A stretch of DNA of 64,000 nucleotides, taken from Camelus ferus. Taxonomy: Eukaryota. The first letter of the stretch is position 1. Each line of letters starts with the position of its first letter. The stretch is taken from positions 120,034,001 to 120,098,000 of the forward strand of contig NC_045697.1 of assembly GCF_009834535.1 (NCBI RefSeq), given 5' to 3'. A model generated the notes under the pieces. It ran no database searches and was not told the origin of the DNA. It saw only the letters and a program-made list of their open reading frames with translations. Made by a program: the position numbers and the translations under genes. This document shows positions 55,001 to 64,000 of this stretch, piece after piece.

Positions 55001-58000
55001 GCACAAGCGCAGCATTCCCTCGCAGGCCGGCCTGGGAAAACAATCAGGGATAATAATCCAGTGGTTCTATTGGAACCCAGGTGCTGCAGAACATTTTAGG
55101 ATACTCCCCACACCCAGGACAAGAGAACACTTCTTTGTGTGTCTCATGAAGTTTCGTAAAAAATCTCCACGCGTGTTTCAGGGGTTAAGGTGTTGCTAGT
55201 TAGTGGGAGTTCAGAAATTTCCCACCAATGCCCATGGGGAAGCACTCACTCCTGCCTGGCTTTCCAGCCCAACCCACAGCTTTCCCTCTCAGCACGGCCT
55301 GGGAAAACACTCAGGGATATTATGCTATTGATTATATTTGAACCCAGTAGCTACCTACATTTTAGGCTCCTTCCCACATCTGGGATAACAGAAGAAAACT
55401 TTGTGTGTCTGATGTAGATGGGTAAACAATCTCCACGCATATTTCAGCTGGCACAGGTGTTCCAAGGCTGTGGGACGTCGGAAAATTACCTCAAATTCTC
55501 ATGGGGAGTATCTCACTGCTGCTACAAAATACAGCCAAACCCACAGCTTTACCTCGCACCTAGGCTTGTGTAAACACTCACGGAAAAGAAAATACTGGTG
55601 TTTTTAGAACCCAGGCGCTGCTGAAATTTGTAGAATCCTCCCCACACTCAGGATAGCAGAACACAACTTTATGTGTGTGATGGTGTAGAAAAATACACTC
55701 CAGGCATATTTCTGGGGGTACAGCTGTTCCCAGGTTTGGAGATGTCGCCTAATTACCTCCACTGCCAATGTGGAGGCAATCTATATTTCTTCGCTTTGCA
55801 GAACATTTCCCAAATTTCCCTTGCAGCCCGGCCTATTAAAACACCTAGGGATGACAATATTAGTGATTCTATGAGAAACCCATCGCTGCTGCCTGTTGGA
55901 GGTACAACACAAACTCAAAATTCTGGAACATGGCTTTGCTTGGTGGAGGTGTGGAGAGCAACACCACAAGATTCCTGGGGGCACATTTCTCTCTCTCTGG
56001 GAGAAGTCTTCTAATTACCTCTACAGTCAATCTCTGGGCACTCGTTGCTACTTGGCTTTCCAGCCGAACCCCAAGCTTTCCCTCGCAGCCCGCCCTGGAA
56101 AACACTCAGAGATATTAAGTTAATGGTTCTATTGCAACTCAAGCACTGCAGACCGTTGTAGGAACCTCCGCACACGCAAGATAACAGAAAAATTTTTTTG
56201 TGTCTCATTGAGATGGTAAAAGCTCCACGCATGTTTCAGGGTGTACTGGTGTTCCTAGGTTGTGGGAGGTCAGATACATCCCACTACAGCCCATGGGGAA
56301 GTACTCTCACCTGCTTGGCTTTCCAGCCCATCCCTCAATTTCCTTTGCAACCCAGCCTGAGTAAACAATCAGGAAATGTAGCTAAAGTTTCTACCAGTGC
56401 CCAGGAGCTGCAGTCTGTTGTAGGAACTTCAACACACACTGGATTCCCAAACACGGCTTTGCTTGGAAGGGTTTTGAAGCCCCAATGCACAAACATGGCT
56501 GGGGGCACAAGTTATTCCTTGTTAGGCAGAAGTCCGCTAATTAGCTCTACAGTCCTTCTGGGGCACCCGCTTCTACTTGGAATTCCAGCCCCACCCACAT
56601 TATTCCCGAGCAGCCCGGCCTGGGTTAACACAGAGGGAAAAGAAGCTATTGGTGCTATATGAACCCATGCCCTGCTGACAATTGTGTAAACCTTCGAAAA
56701 CTCAGGATAAAAGAACATATCTTTCTGTGTGTGACGGAGTAGGAAAACACACTCCAGGCATGTTTCGGGGGCACAGATTTTACCAGGATGGGAGATGTCG
56801 CCTAATTACCTCCACTGCCAATGGGGAGGCACTCTAAACTTCTTCGCTTTCCAGACTAATTCCCAGCTTTCCTTTGAAGCCCGGCCTAAGGAAACACCTA
56901 GGGATGACAATATTAGCGATTCTATCAGAACCCCATCTCTGCTGACAGTTGGAGGTACAACACACACTCAAAATTCTGGAACATGGCTTTGCTTGGTGGA
57001 GGTATGGAGACCAACACCACAATATGCCTGGGGGCACAGTTTCTCTCTGTCTGGTAGAAGTCCGCTCATTACCTCTACAATCAATTTCTGGGCAATCCTG
57101 GCTAATTGGCTTTCCAGCCGAACCCCCAGTTTCCCTCGTAGACCGCCCTGGAACACACTAAGAGATTATAAGCTAGTGGTTCTATTGGAACCCAGGCACT
57201 GCAGACCGTTTTAGGAAGCTCCGCACACGCAGGATAACAGAACACTTATTTTGTGTCTGATAGAGATGTTAAAAATTCCACGCATGTTTCAGCGGGTACC
57301 GGATTTCCTATGTTGGGGGATGTCATATTATTCCCATTAACGTCCATGGGGAGGTAATCGCTCCTGCTTGGATTTCCATACCATCCCCCAGTTTCCCTTG
57401 CAACCCAGTCAGAAGAATCAGTCAGGAAATATAGCTAAATTTCTATTAGAAGCCAGGCGCTGCTGACAGTTGTAGAAACCTCCCCATACACAGGGAAACA
57501 GAACACTTCTTTGTGTGTGAGATGGAGTAGAACTAAATAGTACATGCATGTATCAGGGGTGCAGGTGTAACCAGTTTGGGAGACGTTGGCTAAGTATCTC
57601 CACAGCCCATGGGGATGCACTCAGTTTTCTTCGATTTCCAGCCCTACTCCCAGCTTTCCCTTGCAGCCCGTGTTAGGAAAACACTCAGGGATGACAAACT
57701 TACTCATTCTATCAGAACCAGTGCGCTGCTGTATGTGTGGAGGAACCTCCAAACACTCAGTATTCTGGAACACGGATTTGCTTGGTGCGAATTGTGAAGC
57801 CCCACAGCACACTCAATCCTGGGGCCCAAGATTTTCCCTTTTAGGGCCAAGTCCGCTAATTACCTCCATAGTCCATCTCTGGGTACTCACTGCTACTTGG
57901 ATTCCCAGCCCAACACCCATGTTTCCCTTGCAGCCCGGCCTGGGGTAACACAGAGTGAAAAGAAGCTATTGGTGCTATTCGAACCCATGCACTGCTGACA

Positions 58001-59616
58001 AATGTGGAAACCTTCGAACACTCAGGATAACAGAACATATCTTTCTGTGTGTGATTTTGTAGGAAAACACACTCCAGGCATTTTTATGGGGATCCAGGTT
58101 TTCCCAGGTTGGGAGATGTCGTCTTGATTCCTTCAGTGTCCATGGGGTGGCACTGTTTTCTTCTTCCTTTTCAAGCCCAACTCCCAGCTTTCCCTTGCAG
58201 CCCGGACAAGTGAAACACCCATGGAAGACAAATAAGTGATTCTATCAGAACCCCAGCGTTGCTAACTGTTGGAGGATCCTCCAAAGCTTCAGTATTCTGG
58301 AACACGTCTTTTAGTGTGGGGAGTTGTGGAAACCCAATCCACGCAGATGGATGGGGTCACTGATATGTCCCTGTTAGGGAGAAGTCCGCTAAATACTTCC
58401 ACATTGAATCTTGGGGCACTCGCTTCTTCTTAGATTTTCAGCCTATCCCCCAGGTTTCACTGGGAGTCCAGCCTTGTAAAACACTCAGTTATAATAAGCT
58501 ATGTTTCTATTGGAACCCTGGTGCTGCAGACAATTGTAGGTACCTCCCCACAATCAGAATAACAGAACACTAATTTGAGTGTCTCATTTAGATGGGTAAA
58601 CTAAATTCACGCATGTTTCAGTTTGTGTAGGAGTTCCTAGGTTGTGGGAGGTCGGATATTTACATCAACTGTCCATGGGGAGTCCCTAGCAGTTGCTTGG
58701 ATTCCAGCCCAACCCCCAGCATTCCCTCGCATCCCGGCCTGTGAAAACACTCAGCGAAAAAAGCTACAGTTTCTATAAGAACTAAGGCGCTCCTGACAGT
58801 TGTAGAAACATCCCTACACTAAGGAAAACAGAACAAAACTTTGTGTGTGTGATGGATTAGGAAAACACTGTAAGGCATGTCTCTGGGGTTCAGGTGTTCG
58901 CAGGATGTGAAATGTTGGCTAATTACCTCCACTGTCCATGGGGAAGAACTCTCTTCTTCTTCGATATCCAGCCCTAATCCTAGCATTCCCTTGAAGCCCG
59001 ACCATGGAAAACACCCAGGGATGACAAACTAAATAATTCTATCAGAACCAGGGTGCTGCTGTATGTTGGAGGAACCTCCAAACACTCAGGATTCCAGAAC
59101 ACGGATTTGCTTGGTACGAATTTTGAAGCCCCAGAGCACACTAATTGCTGGGGCCCAAGATTTTCCCTTTTAGGGCTAAGTCCGCTAATTACCTCCATAG
59201 TCCATCTCGGGGCATTCGCTGCTACTTGGATTTAAAGCCCAAACCCAAACTTTCCCAGGCAGACCGGCCTGGGAAGCACACAGGGAAAATATGTTATTGG
59301 TTGTAACGGAACCCAGTCTCTAGCTACCATTGTAGGAATCTTCCCACAACTAGGATAAAAAAGAATATTTGTGTGTCTGATGGAGATGGGTAAACAAACT
59401 CCAAGGATCTATCAGGGTGCTTAGTGTTTCCAAGGCTGTGGGACGTCGGAAAATTACCTCAAATTCTCATGCGGAGTAACTCGCTGCTGCTACGAATTAC
59501 AGCCAAGCCCACAGCTTTACCTGGCAGCCAGGCCTGTGAAAAAACTCATGGAAAACAAAATACTGGTGCTACTAGAACCCAGGCGCTCCTGAAAGTTGTA
59601 GAATACTCCGCACAAT
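49020..59616 (+). repeat. HOR unit 8: second 40-monomer composite (10597 bp)
   Basis: m1 anchors lie at 49020 and 59617. It carries the same m22/m2 junction at ~53695, and ORF homologues are offset ~18011 from unit 6 (35707/53718, 36098/54109, 40969/58980). Confidence 0.9.
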
Positions 59617-62600
59617 CAGGATAGCAGAACGAATATTTTTGTGTGTGTTGGTGTAGGAAAATACACTCCAGGCATGTTTCTGGTGTTACAGCTCTTCCCA
59701 GGTTTGGAGATGAGGCCTAATTACCTCCACTTCCAATGGGGAGGCACTCTATACTTCTTCGCTTTCCAGACCAACTCCCTGCTTTCCTTTGAAGCCCGGC
59801 ATAAGGAAACACCTAGGGATGACAATATTATTGATTCTATGAGAACCCCCACTCTGCTGCCTGTTGGAAGTACAACAAACACTCAAAATTCCGGAACATG
59901 GCTTTGCTTGGTGGAGGTATGGAGACCAACACCACAAGATGCCTGGGGGCACAGTTACTCTCTGTTTGGGAGAATTCCGCTATTTACCTCTACAGTCAAT
60001 CTCTGGGCAATCCTGGCTACTTGGCTTTCCAGCCGAACCCACAGTTTCCCTCGCAGCCCGCCCTGGAAAACACTCAGAAATTATAAGCTAGTGGTTCTAT
60101 TGGAACCCAGGACCTGCAGAACTTTGTAGGAAGCTCCGCACACGCAGGATAACAGAACACATTTTGTGTGTCTGATTGAGATTCTAAAATCTCCACGCAT
60201 GTTTCAAGGGGTACAGGTTTTCCTAGATTGGGGGTGTTCAGATTATTCAGAGTTAATGCCCATGGGGAGTTAATCGCTCCTGCTTGGATTTCCATCATAT
60301 GCCCCAGTTTCCCTTGCAACCCAGTCAGAGAAAACAGTCAGGAAATTTAGCTAAAGTTTCTATTGGAACCCAGGCGATGCAGACAGTTGTAGAAACTTCT
60401 CCATACACAGTTTAACAGAACACTTCTTTGTGTGTGTGATTGAGTAGGAAAACAGAGTCCATGCATGTCTCTGGGGTGCAGGTGTAACCAGGCTGTGAGA
60501 CGTTGGCTAAATATCTCCACAGCCCATGGGGAGGCACTCAGTTTTTCTTCGTTTACAGCCCTACTCCCAGCTTTCCATTGCAGCCCGGGTTGGAAAACAC
60601 CCAGGGATGACAAACTAAATGATTCTATCAGAAATCAGGCGCTACTGTCTGTTGGAGGAACCTCCACACACACAGGATTAACAAAAACGTCTTTGCTTGG
60701 GAGAATTGTGAAGCCCCACTCCACACACATGGCTGAGGGCACAAGATTTTCCCTGTTAGGTAGAAGTCCGCTAATTACCTCTACAGACAATCATGGGGCA
60801 CTCGCTTCTACTTGGATTTCCATCCCAACCCCCAGGATTCCCTTGCAGCCTGGCCTGGGGAAACACACAGGGAAAACAATCTACTGGTGCTATTAGAACA
60901 CAAGCGAGGCTGACATTTGTGGAAAACTTCGAACACTCATGATAACAGAGCACATCTTTCTGTGTGGGATGGAGTAGTAAAACACACTCCAGTCATATTT
61001 CTGGGGATCCAGTTTTTCCCAGGTTGGGAGATGTCGGCTAGATTCCTTCAATGCCCATGTTGATGCATTGACTTCTTCTTCGTATTCAAGCCCAACTCCC
61101 AACTTTCCCTTGCATCCCGGTCTAGGATTATACCCAGGGATGACAGTCTAAGTGATTTTTTCAGAGCTACGATGCTGCTGTATTTTTTAGGAACTTCCAG
61201 AAACTTAGGATTCTGGATCACTTCTATGCTTGGGGGTAGGTTTGGAGACCCACACCACAGAGATGGCTTGGGGCACAGGTTTTTCCCTGTTAGGGAGATG
61301 TCCACTAATTACCTCCACAGTCCATCAAGGGTCACTCGCTGCAAAATGGCTTTCCAGCGCAAGCGCAGCATTCCCTCGCAGGCCGGCCTGGGAAAACAAT
61401 CAGGGATAATAAGCCAGTGGTTCTATTGGAACCCAGGTGCTGCAGAATATTGTAGGATACTCCCCACACCCAGGAAAAGAGAACACTTCTTTGTGTGTCT
61501 CATGAAGTTTCATAAAAAATCTCCACGCGTGTTTCAGGGGTTAAGGTGTTGCTAGTTAGTGGGAGTTCAGAAAATTCCCACCAATGCCCATGGGGAGGCA
61601 CTCGCTCCTTCTTGGCTTTCCAGCCAACCCACAGATTTCCCTCTCAGCACGGCCTGGGAAAACACTCAGGGATAATATGCTATTGGTTGTATTGGAACCC
61701 AGTAGCTACCTACATTTGTAGGCTCCTTCCCACATCTGGGATAACAAAAGAAAACTTTGTGTGTCTGATGGAGATGGGTAAACAATCTCCAAGCATATTT
61801 CAGGGGGCACAGGTGTTCCAAGGCTGTGGGACGTCGGAAAATTACCTCAAATTCTCATGGGGAGTATCTCACTGCTGCTACAAAATACAGCCAAACCCAC
61901 AGCTTTACCTCGCAGCTAGGCTTGTGTAAACACTCACGGAAAAGAAAATACTGGTGCTATTAGAACCCAGGCGCTGCTGATATTTGTAGAATCCTCCCCA
62001 CACTCAGGATAGCAGAACACATCTTTGTGTGTGTGATGGTGTAGAAAAATACACTCCAGGCATATTTCTGGGGGTACAGCTGTTCCCAGGTTTGGAGATG
62101 TCGCCTAATTACCTCCACTGCCAATGTGGAGGCAATCTATACTTCTTCGCTTTGCAGAACATTTCCCAAATTTCCCTTGCAGCCCGGCCTATTAAAACAC
62201 CTAGGGATGACAATATTAGTGATTCTATGAGAAACCCATCGCTGCTGCCTGTTGGAGGTACAACACAAACTCAAAATTCTGGAACATGGCTTTGCTTGGT
62301 GGAGGTGTGGAGAGCAACACCACAAGATTCCTGGGGGCACATTTCTCTATCTCTGGGAGAAGTCTTCTAATTACCTCTACAGTCAATCTCTGGGCACTCG
62401 TTGCTACTTGGCTTTCCAGCCGAACCCCAAGCTTTCCCTCGCAGCCCGCCCTGGAAAACACTCAGAGATATTAAGTTAATGGTTCTATTGCAACTCAAGC
62501 ACTGCAGACCGTTGTAGGAACCTACGCACACGCAAGATAACAGAAAAATTTTTTTGTGTCTCATTGAGATGGTAAAAGCTCCACGCATGTTTCAGGGTGT

Positions 62601-64000
62601 ACTGGTGTTCCTAGGTTGTGGGAGGTCAGATACATCCCACTACAGCCCATGGGGAAGTACTCGCACCTGCTTGGCTTTCCAGCCCATCCCTCAATTTCCT
62701 TTGCAACCCAGCCTGAGTAAACAATCAGGAAATATAGCTAAAGTTTCTACCAGTGCCCCGGAGCTGCAGTCTGTTGTAGGAACTTCAACACACACAGGAT
62801 TCCCAAACACGGCTTTGCTTGGAAGGGTTTTGAAGCCCCAATCCACAAACATGGCTGGGGGCACAAGTTATTCCTTGTTAGGAAGAAGTCCGCTAATTAG
62901 CTCTACAGTCCTTCTGGGGCACCCGCTGCTACTTGGAATTCCAGCCCAACCCCCATTATTCCCGTGCAGACCGGCCTGGTTAACACAGAGGGAAAAGAAG
63001 CTATTGGTGCTATTTGAACCCATGCCCTGCTGACAATTGTGTAAACCTTCGAACACTCAGGATAACAGAACATATCTTTCTGTGTGTGACGGAGTAGGAA
63101 AACACACTCCAGGCATGTTTCGGGGGCACAGATTTTACCAGGATGGGAGATGTCGCCTAATTACTTCCACTGCCAATGGGGAGGCACTCTATACTTCTTC
63201 GCTTTCCAGACTAATTCCCAGCTTTCCTTTGAAGCCCGGCCTAAGGAAACACCTAGGGATGACAATATTAGCAATTCTATCAGAACCCCATCTCTGCTGA
63301 CAGTTGGAGGTACAACACACACTCAAAATTCTGGAACATGGCTTTACTTGGTGGAGGTATGGAGACCAACACCACAATATGCCTGGGGGCACAGTTTCTC
63401 TCTGTCTGGTAGAAGTCCGCTCATTACCTCTACAATCAATATCTGGGCAATCCTGGCTAATTGGCTTTCCAGCCGAACCCCCAGTTTCCCTCGTAGCCCG
63501 CCCTGGAACACACTAAGAGATTATAAGCTAGTGGTTCTATTGGAACCCAGGCACTGCAGACCGTTTTAGGAAGCTCCTCACACGCAGGATAACAGAACAC
63601 TTATTTTGTGTCTGATAGAGATGTTAAAAATTCCACGCATGTTTCAGCGGGTACAGGATTTCCTATGTTGGGGGATGTCATATTATTCCCATTAACGTCC
63701 ATGGGGAGGTAATCGCTCCTGCTTGGATTTCCATACCATCCCCCAGTTTCCCTTGCAACCCAGTCAGAAGAATCAGTCAGGAAATATAGCTAAATTTCTA
63801 TTAGAAGCCAGGCGCTGCTGACAGTTGTAGAAATCTCCCCATACACATGGAAACAGAACACTTCTTTGTGTGTGAAATGGGGTAGAAATAAACAGTACAT
63901 GCATGTATCAGGGGTGCAGGTGTAACCAGTTTGGGAGACGTTGGCTAAGTATCTCCACAGCCCATGGGGATGCACTCAGTTTTCTTCGATTTCCAGCCCT
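59617..64000 (+). repeat. HOR unit 9 (partial): m1 to within m17 of a 24-mer-type unit
   Basis: The m1 anchor is at 59617. m10-m14 are intact (62005-63320), and the window ends inside the m17 monomer that contains TACATGCATGTA. Confidence 0.88.

Larger units (their letters stand above)
1..64000 (+). repeat. Tandem satellite DNA array, ~265 bp monomer, ~241 copies, all in one orientation, running off both ends of the window
   Basis: The anchor motif CAGGATAACAGAAC / CAGGATTCCGGAAC recurs at ~3, 270, 530, 792, 1058, 1323, 1590, 1855, 2121, 2390 and so on to the end. Core motifs CTAATTACCTCCAC, CCCATGGGG, TTTCCCTTGCAGCCCGG, GGAAAACACTCAGG and TTCTATTGGAACCCAGG recur in the same order in each unit. 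59,614 bp / 225 monomers = 264.95 bp. Strand is arbitrary. Confidence 0.99.

Noticed and set aside
27..63569. Recurring 120-190 aa ORFs (e.g. MCVGVGKYTPG..., MSLGCRCNQAVRRW..., MLLYFLGTSRNLGF...)
   Set aside because: They recur only because the DNA repeats. They overlap in several frames on both strands, have no recognisable domain, and are broken in sister copies (frameshift near 8950, stop near 31143, frameshift near 43270). The 265 bp unit is also not a multiple of 3.
1..64000. CRISPR array or repeat-spacer cassette system
   Set aside because: There is no invariant short repeat separating unique spacers; whole units are homologous end to end, and no cas-like or recombinase ORF is present.
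1..64000. Tandem tRNA, 5S or snRNA gene cluster
   Set aside because: There is no cloverleaf, no A-box plus B-box pair with a T-run terminator, and no recognisable 5S/U-RNA sequence. Monomers are too diverged throughout for a conserved RNA gene.
1..64000. Assignment to a named satellite (alpha, beta, gamma, mouse major/minor, etc.) or to a species
   Set aside because: Unit length and motifs do not match families I can recognise with confidence. A Dfam/Repbase/BLAST search is needed.

Overview
The whole 64 kb window is one uninterrupted, head-to-tail, single-orientation satellite DNA array. It has about 241 diverged monomers of ~265 bp (225 monomers counted over 3..59616 = 264.95 bp each). I found no credible gene, RNA gene, transposon, CRISPR array or inversion; the ORF track only reflects the repeat. 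The array has a multi-level higher-order repeat (HOR) architecture. (1) Monomers fall into three classes, alpha, beta and gamma, mostly arranged as an alpha-beta-gamma trimer (~795 bp). (2) Trimers/dimers form 8-9-monomer blocks. (3) A 24-monomer HOR of ~6.36 kb (monomers numbered m1-m24 here) is built from these blocks. (4) In-register deletions and duplications give the unit series 33, 24, 20, 20, 20, 40, 28, 40 monomers, then a partial unit. (5) A ~12.5 kb block is duplicated at an 18.01 kb (68-monomer) offset. Chimeric junction monomers, an apparent ~0.5 kb conversion tract and interleaved older diverged sub-lineages can be read directly from the sequence. The organisation resembles the HOR logic of primate alpha satellite, but the sequence and unit length are different. 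A vertebrate (probably mammalian) centromeric or pericentromeric origin is inference only; I cannot name the family or species from the sequence.
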